Positions 41,130 to 50,523 of a stretch of 64,000 nt of DNA are shown in pieces (position 1 is the stretch's first letter; each line of letters opens with the position of its first letter). A model generated the notes under the pieces. That model ran no database searches. It saw only the letters and a list, made by a program, of their open reading frames with translations, and was not told the DNA's origin. The stretch comes from an uncultured Gemmatimonadales bacterium. Lineage in GTDB: Bacteria > Gemmatimonadota > Gemmatimonadetes > Longimicrobiales > Gaopeijiaceae. A program made the translations under genes and the position numbers. Location: assembly GCA_963823035.1 (NCBI GenBank), contig CAWGKG010000018.1, positions 224,001 to 288,000 on the forward strand, given 5' to 3'.

Positions 41130-42128
41130 CTACCGTTGAGCCGGCTTCGCCGACAACGGTGGCAGGTCGGCGCGCGCGCCGGGCTTCCCTTCGATCGGAT
41201 TCACGTAGAGGCGCTCGGTCGGGTAGGCGAAGTCGATGTCCGGGGCCTCGGCGAAGGCATCGAGAATGCGCTCCCAAAGCGCCTGCGCGGTCCCGCGCCG
41301 CTGCCTGGGCTGCGTCAGGTAGCGGATGGTGAGCAGCACCCCCGAGTCCTGGACCGACGTGTAGACGATGGGCGTGAGCGTCGGGTATCGGATCAGGAAG
41401 CGCTTCGCGGTGGTCTTGAGCGTCTGCTCGGCGTCGCGGCTGGTGGCCAGCCCCTCCTCCATGGAGATCTCCAGGAGGATCTTCTTCGCCTTCCGCCAGT
41501 CGCTCTCGAAGGTCACGAGGACCGGCAGCTCGTTCCACAGGAAGGGGAAGCTCGCCGTGTAGTTCGCCAACGGCTGGCTGAACACGGAGGCGTTCGGCAG
41601 GTGGATCATGCGGCCGGTGCTCTGGTCCGCGGCCACCCAGTTTCCGATCTCCATGATCGTGAACGCGAAGATGCGGACGTCCACCACGTCGCCCGCATGC
41701 TCGCCGAGCTGGATGCGGTCTCCCGGGTGGAAGGGGCGGCGCCAGAGGATGAAGACCCAACCCGCAAGGTCCGCGACCAGGTCCTTGAGCGCGATCGCCA
41801 GGCCCGCGGACAGCAGACCGAGGAACGTGCCCACCTCACGGATCGCCGTGAACCACACCTGGGCCAGCAGCAACAACCCGATCACGGACGCCGTGTAGGC
41901 GGACGTCTTCGACCATCGGTAGCGCTGGCTCGCGTCCTCGACCCTCCGGTCCACCACGCGCAGCACGCCCCGCCGCACGAAGACCAGCACCAGGATCATG
42001 ATCGCGGAGACGAGGAGCTTGAACTGGAGATCCGCGGTCAGGCCCGGGACGAGCTGCGGCAGCCCCTGCAGACGCTCGGTGACGGTCGGCGTCTGGAGGC
42101 GCGCCGTGATCGTGAGCGGGATCGGCAT
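41130..42128 (-). CDS. MscS-family mechanosensitive channel
   Basis: GLAIALKD, PFHPGDRI, GDVVDV, QSTGR..PN, DFAYPT. Confidence 0.9.
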   Translation of the reverse strand: MPIPLTITARLQTPTVTERLQGLPQLVPGLTADLQFKLLVSAIMILVLVFVRRGVLRVVDRRVEDASQRYRWSKTSAYTASVIGLLLLAQVWFTAIREVGTFLGLLSAGLAIALKDLVADLAGWVFILWRRPFHPGDRIQLGEHAGDVVDVRIFAFTIMEIGNWVAADQSTGRMIHLPNASVFSQPLANYTASFPFLWNELPVLVTFESDWRKAKKILLEISMEEGLATSRDAEQTLKTTAKRFLIRYPTLTPIVYTSVQDSGVLLTIRYLTQPRQRRGTAQALWERILDAFAEAPDIDFAYPTERLYVNPIEGKPGARADLPPLSAKPAQR

Positions 42129-42227
42129 GAGGGGCGTGCGGGCCTCGGGAGAGGGTGGGGTCCGCGAGGGTCTCGCCACGATCATAGGGGGCGGCCGCGG
42201 GCATGGGGAAGGGCCGGCCGTGCGCGC

Positions 42228-43202
42228 TCAGCGCACGGGTCCCTCCCTGGCGAGCGCCTCCGGAGGGGACGGGGGGACCGACCTCCGACCCGTTGTGATG
42301 AGGACCACGGAGCCGACGATGACGGCCGCGGCCACCAGCGCGCGGGGCGCCAGGGGCTCGTCCGCCAGCGCCCAGCCGAGGAAGAGCGCCACCGTGGGGT
42401 TCACGTACGCGTACGTCCCGACCCGCGCCGGCGTCGAAACCGTGAGGAGCCAGATGTAGGCCGTGAACGCGATCAGCGCGCCGAAGAAGACCAGGTACAG
42501 GAGGGCGAGGATCGAACGCGCCGAGATCGCCGAGACGTCGAGGTCGGAGAGCTCGCCGGTCAGGAGGGCCACCGGGAGGAGGAAGGCTCCGCCGGCGAGC
42601 ATCTGCATCGCGACCCACATGCGCGGCCGGGGTGGCATGGGCGCGTGCCTCGAGTAGATCGAGCCCGCCGCCCACGCCAGGGATCCCGCGACCACCAGCC
42701 CCGCTCCGAGCAGACCCGCCCCCCCACCGGCCCCGACGTCCGGCGAGCCGACGAGCAGCGCCACGCCCATGAATCCGGCCCCGAGCCCGACGAGGGCGCG
42801 CGGGCCGGGCGAGGTGCGCGAGCCCCACAGCCAGTCGAGGAGGACCATCCAGAGCGGGACCACCGCCACCAGCAGGGCCACCAGCCCGGACGGCACCCAC
42901 TGCTCGGCGAGCACCACGGCCCCGTTGCCCCCCACGAAGAGGAGGCCGCCCACCACCGCCGCGGCCCGCCATTGGGCCCGGGTCGGATGCGCCGCGCCGC
43001 GGGCCCTCGCCCAGGCGTACATGAGCGTGCCCGCCAAGAGGAAGCGCACGGAGGCCATGAGCAGCGGCGGGAGCGTCTCGATGGCGAAACGAATCGCCAG
43101 GTACGTCGAGCCCCACACGACGTACACGGCCGCGAAGGCCGCCACCACCTGTCCCGTGGTGGGCGCGCGGTCGGGCGCCGGGGCGAGGGCGGCGCGAGGC
43201 AT
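42228..43202 (-). CDS. EamA/DMT transporter (YedA-like)
   Basis: VVWGSTYLAIR, YAYVNP; about 10 TMs. Confidence 0.92.
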   Translation of the reverse strand: MPRAALAPAPDRAPTTGQVVAAFAAVYVVWGSTYLAIRFAIETLPPLLMASVRFLLAGTLMYAWARARGAAHPTRAQWRAAAVVGGLLFVGGNGAVVLAEQWVPSGLVALLVAVVPLWMVLLDWLWGSRTSPGPRALVGLGAGFMGVALLVGSPDVGAGGGAGLLGAGLVVAGSLAWAAGSIYSRHAPMPPRPRMWVAMQMLAGGAFLLPVALLTGELSDLDVSAISARSILALLYLVFFGALIAFTAYIWLLTVSTPARVGTYAYVNPTVALFLGWALADEPLAPRALVAAAVIVGSVVLITTGRRSVPPSPPEALAREGPVR

Positions 43203-43269
43203 GGCCGGTAAGCTATCATCCTCGGCAACGGCCGTTCGACCCGAACGTTGCTCCGCGCCTGCGGGCCGC

Positions 43270-44613
43270 TCAGCGCCCTCGCGTGTAGATCAGCAGCACG
43301 CCGTTGCCCGCGCGGGGCGTTCCCCCGTACTGGACGCCGGCCTCGGTACGGGACAGCAGCCGGAAGCGGTCCACCGAGCCGGGGTCGAGGGTGAGCAGGA
43401 CCGTCTCGGCGTCCGCCACACGAACGTCGTTCAGGTAGACCTCGACCATCTGGCAGACGGCGGGGTCGACCGTGGACGTCCGGCTCGTCTCGACGCAGAT
43501 GCCGGGTATCCCCACGCCTCCGTCGCGCTGGAACAGGTCCTCCCGGATCCTCAACCCCGGAACGTTGGCGTTCCGGAGCAGGTCGTCGAATCCGATGGAC
43601 CTCGGCAGGAGCGCGTCGATGGCGGGTCGATCGAGTCCATCGTAGCGCGCGCCCCCACGGACGCGGTCCACCGTGGCACCCCGTACGGAAACCACCATGG
43701 AGTCGAGCGCGACGGCCTCCGGGAAGAGGTCGAGCGTCAGCTCCACGCGGGCTCCGCCCTCCGCATGGAGCTCGGCCACGCGCCTGCCATACCCCAACAG
43801 CTCCACGGCCAGCGCGACCTCGCCGGGCGGCACGCCCCGGAAGGTGAAGCGCCCGTCCTCGCGCGTGAACGTGCCCAAGCGTGTCCCGACGATCTGCACC
43901 GCCGCGTCGGCGAGGGGGCGCCGGGTCCCGGCGTCGCGCACGACACCCTGTAGCTCGGCGGGCTCGGAGACCTGGATGAAGAGGTCCCGAACGCGCACGC
44001 CCCCCTCCTCCGCCCGTAGCGCGAGGGTGCGGCTGCGGTCCGTCCCGAGGCGCGCGCGCAACTCGACGCGGGCCGGCGGGGCGAGGCACAGGAAGTACGA
44101 GCCGTTCCCGGAGGCCCGCGCCGTCTGCGTGCTCGAGCCCCCGGCGTCCGACGCGACTCGGGCGTCCACGGCGGCGGCCGAGAGGGGAACGAGGGTGAGG
44201 AGATCGCGCACCCGCCCCCCGACCAGGGTGCCGCGCCCCTCGCAGAGCGCGTCGAGCACGGTGGCGGGGGAGGCCGTGCCCAGGTGCACCCGCGCGGTAC
44301 GGCCGGCGCCCAGGTCGACCTCCCTCCCCTCGGACGGCATCGCCCAGGCGGGGACCTCGGCGTGGGAGAAGGCGATCCGGTAGCGGCCCGGGGACGCCCG
44401 GAGCGTGAACGTCCCGTCTTCTGCGGTCGTCGCCGCGGCGACCCCGTCGCCGAGCACGACGTCGGCTCCGGCCAGAGGCCGTCCGGCGAGGCTGTCCCAC
44501 ACCGTGCCTGCCACGCGTGCGGCCGCGGCCCCCTCCTGCCCTGCGAGGCGGGTCGTGACGTTCGGCGCCGCCAGCAACGCCGCCGCCATCAGAAGCGCCC
44601 CGGCGCGGCTCAC
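43270..44613 (-). CDS. Exported protein with repeated carboxypeptidase-regulatory-like domains and a C-terminal TonB-plug-like segment
   Basis: Repeated G.V.D..T..PL..A.V motifs; ends in GVLLIYTR. Confidence 0.7.
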   Translation of the reverse strand: MSRAGALLMAAALLAAPNVTTRLAGQEGAAAARVAGTVWDSLAGRPLAGADVVLGDGVAAATTAEDGTFTLRASPGRYRIAFSHAEVPAWAMPSEGREVDLGAGRTARVHLGTASPATVLDALCEGRGTLVGGRVRDLLTLVPLSAAAVDARVASDAGGSSTQTARASGNGSYFLCLAPPARVELRARLGTDRSRTLALRAEEGGVRVRDLFIQVSEPAELQGVVRDAGTRRPLADAAVQIVGTRLGTFTREDGRFTFRGVPPGEVALAVELLGYGRRVAELHAEGGARVELTLDLFPEAVALDSMVVSVRGATVDRVRGGARYDGLDRPAIDALLPRSIGFDDLLRNANVPGLRIREDLFQRDGGVGIPGICVETSRTSTVDPAVCQMVEVYLNDVRVADAETVLLTLDPGSVDRFRLLSRTEAGVQYGGTPRAGNGVLLIYTRGR

Positions 44614-45119
44614 GGAAAGACGTCCCGCCAGGTCTCGAGCCTCGATCCCGCGACCCCGCCGAGCAGGGCGCCGAGGCCACCGAACGCCACCCCCCACCTC
44701 AAGGACACGCCGAGCGCATGGCGGTCGCACCCGTCGAGCACATCGCCGCACGCCTTCGTGCCCAGGAAGAAGCCCGCCATCGCGCCCGCCACCACCCCCA
44801 CCGCAGCCGACTGGAGGGCAACGCTCCGCCACTTCGAGCCGCGTACGGACAGCCCCTCGATCTCATCCAGACCGATCCGCAGCAGGGCGTCCGCGTCCGC
44901 CACCCGTACGGAGTCGCTCTCGAGCCCGAGAAAGAGGCCGTCCTGCACGAAGACGCCGGGTGCGAGCAGTCGGAGGTGCGCCGAATCCCCGAGCGTGGAG
45001 AGCGTCCGCCGCGGCTCGAGGGGCCGCCCCGCCTGCCCTTCGAGGGGCGTTCGCGCACCCGCACCCGCAGCGAGCAGGAGGGACGCGAGGATGAGGCGAC
45101 GGGCAGGCCGTGTTGGCAT
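44610..45119 (-). CDS. Hypothetical exported/membrane protein with glycine-zipper helices
   Basis: Signal peptide and two Gly-rich hydrophobic helices; overlaps the next gene by 4 nt. Confidence 0.6.
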   Translation of the reverse strand: MPTRPARRLILASLLLAAGAGARTPLEGQAGRPLEPRRTLSTLGDSAHLRLLAPGVFVQDGLFLGLESDSVRVADADALLRIGLDEIEGLSVRGSKWRSVALQSAAVGVVAGAMAGFFLGTKACGDVLDGCDRHALGVSLRWGVAFGGLGALLGGVAGSRLETWRDVFP

Positions 45120-45204
45120 GGCTGGGGCTCCGGGCAGGACGGTGACCCCTCATACGGCGGGCGCGTACCCGCCTTTCGCAAGGGTGCGGAGGAGCCGGAG
45201 ACGC

Positions 45205-45940
45205 CTACAGCGCAAGTCTGCGCAACTCCCGGGAGCGGGACCGGCTCGCCATGATCCGCGTGCCGTCGTCCATGACGACGACCATCCGTCCGTCCTCGCT
45301 CGGCTCGAAGATCCGGACGTGGTCGAGGTTCACCAGATGCGAGCGGTGTGCCCGCAGGAAGTGCGGCCCGAGTCCGGACTCGAGCTCCTGGAGCCGCATG
45401 CGCACCAGGTGCTGGCGCTCACCCACGTGCACGACCACGTAGTCCCCGTCGGCCTCGCAGCGGGTGATGCGCTCGACCGGCACCGGCACGATCCCGTCAC
45501 GCTCCGCGCAGGAAGAGGCGGCGGAGATCGTCTCGGGACGAGAGGCGCGCCGTCTCTGCCCACGCCTCCCCCCGGCGCCGACTCGACGAGCGCTCCACCG
45601 CCCGCCCGACGGCCTGGGCGAGGCGCTCGGCGGTGAAGGGCGCGAGAACGTAGTCGACCACGCCCGCCTCGAAAGCGGCCGCGGCGTCACGGTCCGTCGC
45701 CGCGAGGAGGATCACGGCGGCGTCGTGCACGCTCTCCCGGACCACCTCGCGCCATGGAGAGTCAAGTAAGTCTATGTTGATCAACACGATGTCAGGGTTG
45801 ATATCATCCAGAACACGAATACCTTCCCGCCCCCCGCCGACCTCAGCCACGACGTCGATCGTCGTCGCCTGCTCCAGCATCCCGCGGAGCTCCATCCGCT
45901 CGGAGGCCTTCCCACCCACGATCGCGGCTTTCGACCTCAC
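45205..45940 (-). CDS. LytTR-family regulator with degenerate receiver domain (frameshift near 45505)
   Basis: C-terminal EADGDYV, FLRAHRSHLVN, SRSR LytTR motifs; receiver-like N-terminus (AFEAGVVDYVLAPF). Confidence 0.85.
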
Positions 45941-46021
45941 ACAATTTTCCTCTCGTCGGTAAGAACTGCTCCGAGCGCAGCATTCCTCGGAACCGGAAAC
46001 ACCCAGTTCGCGGACGCCATC

Positions 46022-46051
46022 ACCGTTCGTCGATCCAATATAACACTTCAC
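46022..46051 (+). promoter_or_regulatory. Candidate LytTR binding site (9-bp repeats, 12-bp spacer)
   Basis: ACCGTTCGT-CGATCCAATATA-ACACTTCAC; the first box plus the next base equals the AlgR site ACCGTTCGTC. Confidence 0.5.
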
Positions 46052-46173
46052 CGTGTAGATTCGACCCTTGACCGACTGGAAACCTCGGCACTCCGGGACG
46101 GCCCGCGATTTGATGCTGATCCCTTGTCGACGCATCGCCCCCGGGCGGTGCCCCGGACCCAGAGGAAACAACC

Positions 46174-46773
46174 GTGACCAACACGCATCTCCATCGCTCG
46201 CAATCACTTGACGCGCTACGGCGCCGCCGTGACGGCTTTACGCTCACGGAGATGCTCTTCGTGCTCATCATCGTCGGGGTCATGACGTCGATGATGACCC
46301 CCCTGTTCCAGCCGGGCCGCTGGCGTGCCGACACTGCCGCGCAGGAGATGGCGATGACGTTGAACGCGACCCAGCGGCTCGCCGTGCTCAGGCAGCACGA
46401 CATCGTGGTCACCTTCGTGACCGCGGACCGGACGCTGCACCTCCTCCAGGACCAGGACAACGACGGTGTCGCCGACACGGGTGAGGAGATGCGCGTCTTC
46501 GAGCTTCCCGAGACGATCGGGTTCGGCACGGCAGGGGCACCCGCGCTGGGGCCGGGAACCGGACCGATCACCTTCGCCTCCGGCGGGGGCGACCCGACGC
46601 TGACGTTCCATCGCAACGGGAGCGTGAGCGCTTCCGGCTACATCTACCTGCGCCCGCTCGTGGGCTCGGTCTCGACAAGCGCGGAAGGGGTGCGCGCGCT
46701 CAGCATCGAGCGCGCCACCGGCGAGATCCGCTGCTTCTCGTACCGCACGGGCGCTTGGGAGGAGTCATGCTGA
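46174..46773 (+). CDS. FimT/FimU/GspH-like minor pilin
   Basis: Prepilin RRDG|FTLTEML; A..RQ..IVVTF and LTFHRNG motifs. Confidence 0.85.
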   Translation: MTNTHLHRSQSLDALRRRRDGFTLTEMLFVLIIVGVMTSMMTPLFQPGRWRADTAAQEMAMTLNATQRLAVLRQHDIVVTFVTADRTLHLLQDQDNDGVADTGEEMRVFELPETIGFGTAGAPALGPGTGPITFASGGGDPTLTFHRNGSVSASGYIYLRPLVGSVSTSAEGVRALSIERATGEIRCFSYRTGAWEESC

Positions 46774-47180
46774 CGCGCGGGCCGACACGCGGGCGGCAAG
46801 ATCGCGACGGCTTCACCCTCGTGGAGGTCGTGGTGGCACTCGTCATCCTGTCGACGGCCGTGCTCGGTCTTGCGGCCACGTCCAGTCGCCTCGCGACCTC
46901 GGCCAACACCGCGGAGCTCCGGGCCCTCGCGCTCGAGGCCGTGGAGGACCGTGTCGCGGAGGCGCGCCTGGATCCGCGCTACAGCGCGCTCGATTCCCTC
47001 TACAGCGGGACCGAGACCGACATCCTCGGAACTTCGATCCCCGGCTACGACCGCACCACTACCATCACCCGCGTCGTCGCGACCAGCCCCCCGCTCGCCT
47101 ACACGCGAATCACGGTGGAGGTCACGGGCCCGTTGCTCACCGAACCCATCCAGCGGCAGATCGTGGTGGCCGCGCCGTGA
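46767..47180 (+). CDS. PilV-like minor pilin
   Basis: RDG|FTLVEVVVALVIL. Confidence 0.85.
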   Translation: MLTRGPTRGRQDRDGFTLVEVVVALVILSTAVLGLAATSSRLATSANTAELRALALEAVEDRVAEARLDPRYSALDSLYSGTETDILGTSIPGYDRTTTITRVVATSPPLAYTRITVEVTGPLLTEPIQRQIVVAAP

Positions 47181-47185
47181 TTGCC

Positions 47186-48350
47186 ATGAAGAAGCCAAAC
47201 GGGACCCGCGCCGGCATGACGCTCGTCGAGCTGCGTGGTGGCGCTCACGATCTTCGGCGTCGTCATCTCCACCTCGGTGGCGTTCATGGCGAAGCAGAAC
47301 ACCGCCTTCCAGAACGGCGTCCACCGGCTGGTGACGCTGCGCAACCTGCGCTACGCCATCGGCACGCTGAGCCAGGACCTGGAGACGCTCGGGACCAACG
47401 TGCCCAACGCCCAGCCAACGCTCTTCTACGCCGACGCCGACGTGGTGGCGTTCTCGTCCGACTACGCCACGAACATCGCGCACAACCCGTTCGCGGTGTT
47501 CTACGACCCGGACGCTCCGACCGGGGCAGGTCTCGGCACCGACGGGCGGGTTCTCGATCCCGAACTCGAGCGCGTCGATCCCCGACACGACCTACGAAAT
47601 GGCTCCCGGCATCCGCTCCCCCGCCGAGATCCTGCTCTTCTTCGTCGTCGACGGACACCAGCACGACCCGCACGGACGACTACCGACTCATGCGGCAGGT
47701 CAACGACAATCCGCCGGAGGTCATCGCGCGGAACCTGCTGCGGTCCGGCTCCGACCCCTTCTTCTCCTACGACTATCTCGGTGACGACGGAAGCGGGAAT
47801 CTCCAGCTGATGGCGGTACCGGACAGCCTGATCCCGGTGCGCCACACGCGCGACGTTCCACCTCTCCGCGGCGGACACCGGGGCGTCGGCCCTGGCCGAC
47901 TCGGTGCGTGCGGTCCGCGTCCGCTTCGCGGCCACCAACGGGCTCACGGGTGAGGAAGAGGAGCGTGCCGAGCTGGAGCGCCTCATCGCGCTTCCCAACG
48001 CCGGCTTCGGCGAGCTCGTGACCTGCGGCTCGTCGCCGCTCCTCGGCACGGGCTTGCTCGCCAGCGCGGTCACCCTGCCGAGCGGAGAGCGGGCCGTGGA
48101 CCTCGCCTGGTCGGCGGCGATCGACGAGACCGGCGGCGAGGAGGATGTGGTCGGCTACGTCATCTGGCGTCGCGAGGCCGGCTTCAGCGACTGGGGTGAG
48201 CCCTACCGATCGATCCCGGCCGGCACGGCGCCCTATTCCTATCAGGACGCGGCCGTCGCCGTGGGCACCACCTACGAGTACGCGCTCGCCGCGCAGGACT
48301 GCACACCGAAGCTGTCGAGCCTCGCGGTCTCGGCCACGGTGACTCCATGA
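47186..48350 (+). CDS. PilW-like minor pilin with C-terminal FN3-like domain (several frameshifts)
   Basis: RAG|MTLVEL; LAWSA..GYVIWR..YQD..YEYALAAQDC. Confidence 0.75.
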
Positions 48351-50115
48351 CCCCCCCCGAAGGAGCAACACGCATGGTTTCCGTTTCCCGCGGCCGCGGA
48401 GGCTTCGCGCTCATCACCGTGATGTTGGTGGTGGTGATCGTGGCGCTTCTCGCCACAGGAGCCGCCGTCATCGGCTCGGCCCACACGCTCAGCAACCGCT
48501 ACTACGACCGGCAAAGCCAGCTCGACGCGGTCGCGCTGGAAGGGCTGGAGATGGCGCGCGCCCGCGTCAACGGTGACAAGTCGGTCTATCCGGCCGACGG
48601 CTACACCACCCTCGAGGACGGCGTGGCCGTCAACGACGGCAGCGGCACGCCCATCGCAGGGTGTGAAACGCTGGCTGTACGTCGGACCGACCGGATCGAT
48701 CTCGGGGCAGTACGGCGTGTTCGGCAGCATCGTGGCCGTGGCCCGCGACGCCGGGGGGGGCGTCGTGGTCCGGCGGTCGCAGGTCTTCCAGGAGAGCTTC
48801 GCCAAGTACGCCTATTTCACCGACATCGAGCCCTCGACCATCTCGTTCGGCGGCGGCGACCAGATCTTCGGCCCCGTCCACACCAACGACGACATCAAGA
48901 TCTACTCGTCGGGCGCGACCTTCCACGACGAGACGAGGACCCACGGGATCGTGAGGGACCCTTCGTACGGCGTCTTCAAGAAGGGCTACATCGAGCACGC
49001 GCCGCGCATCGACATGCCGGAGACGGCCGAGCTGACGAAGCTCGAGGCCCAGGCCACCGTGGGGAACACCGCCTTCTACGCCGGCATTCCTTCGAGGGAC
49101 GGCGAGGCCTACCTGCGCATCGAGTTCATGGCCTTCGACCTGGACAGTGACGGCAGCAGGACCGGCGAGAACGAGGGCTTCTTCCGCGTCTACAGGTCGT
49201 CGAACTCCCGCTGGGTCAGCGCGGACATCGACCCGAGCGTGGGCTTCGACGACAGCGAGAACTGCGGCCACTACGAGACGAGCGGAACGTTCAAGAGCGC
49301 GAAGGCCCACCCGAACCCCAACACCAGCGACGACTGGCGCGACGCGCTCACCAGCTCGCGCCGGCGCTGCTACCTCGGCGGAGCCGACTCTCTCTGGGGC
49401 AGCTTCCAGGCCAGCGACGCGCACGGAAGCTACGTCCCGTGGCCCGGCGCGATCCCGGCGGCGGTGGCCACCCGCGCGGACGCGCAGTACCTCTTCCCGC
49501 TGTCGCGGGCCTACAACCCGTCCTTCAAGGGCGTGATCTACGTCGAGGGCAACGTCCTCATCAGCGGCGAGCTGCGCGGCCGCGTCACGCTGGCCGCGAC
49601 GAACCAGATCATCATCGGCGACGACATCACGTACGCGAGCAGCCCCGCGCTCGGCACGTGCGCCGACATCCTGGGGATCTTCAGCGGCGTGGACGTGGTG
49701 GTCGCCGACAACACCATCAATACGCCCCAATCCGCGGACGGCACCTACCGCACCTACGACGATACGCAGAGACGAGTTCATCGACGGGATCGTGCTCGCG
49801 CTCAACAACTTCACGGTCGAGAACTACGCTGCCGGCGACTACTACGCCGAGCCTTGCCAGACCACGCCCCACGGCCGCGGCTGCCTCTACCTCACGGGCG
49901 GCATCATCCAGGACACGCGCGGCGCGGTCGGCACCGTCGGCGGATCCGGCTACGGGGCAGGCTATGTGAAGCGCTACGCCTACGACAAGTGCGGCGCCAC
50001 GGCGCCCCCGCCCTACTTCCCGACCACCGGCCACTTCGTGAAGGGCCAGACCTACATGGTGGATCCGGGCGGGTTCAGCATCGCCGCCTACTTCGCGATG
50101 CTCACCTCCTCCTGA
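48347..50115 (+). CDS. PilX-like large minor pilin (frameshifts near 48660 and 49770)
   Basis: RGG|FALITV lacking E5, as in PilX/GspK; GPVHTN; GGIIQ..RGAVG..GYVKRYAYD..PPYFP. Confidence 0.78.
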
Positions 50116-50162
50116 GCGTCGGCGAGATCGGACGCCGGTGACGGCGTTCCGCCGACGACGAA

Positions 50163-50207
50163 GAGGCCCGGGGCCGAGGGGATCGGCTCCGGGCCTCGTT
50201 TTCTTTT
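50163..50207 (+). terminator. Rho-independent terminator of the pilin operon
   Basis: GAGGCCCGGGGCCGA/TCGGCTCCGGGCCTC stem followed by GTTTTCTTTT. Confidence 0.85.
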
Positions 50208-50223
50208 CGTGGGGGTCGACGCG

Positions 50224-50364
50224 TTACTGCCCGCGCGCCCGCCGGTAGCCGGAGAAGAGGATCAGGACGAGCAGGACCAGGAGGACCGGAAGGGCGAACG
50301 CGAAGACGATGCCCGGACCCACGTGCCGCCAGAGATCCGCCACGAGAGCGAAGGTGGTTCCCAT
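50224..50364 (-). CDS. Small single-TM protein (46 aa), absent from the ORF track
   Basis: MGTTFALVADLWRHVGPGIVFAFALPVLLVLLVLILFSGYRRARGQ; AGGAAAG RBS upstream. Confidence 0.55.
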   Translation of the reverse strand: MGTTFALVADLWRHVGPGIVFAFALPVLLVLLVLILFSGYRRARGQ

Positions 50365-50523
50365 TGTCTTTCCTACCGTATCATATGATCACGGCCCCGC
50401 AAGCGGGACCGGACGTTGTCGATTTCGGATCAGGTATAGTGTAGGCAAAACGGCCGTCGTGCTGAAGTGGGGCGATCCCCGAATCGTGAAGGGAGTTCCC
50501 CGCACGAGGGGTGGTGGACTTCC

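Noticed and set aside
39337..41760. 807-aa apparent cysteine desulfurase-ThpR fusion
   Set aside because: A frameshift near 40380 joins the frames; the desulfurase C-terminus ends at 39915 and ThpR has its own GTG start
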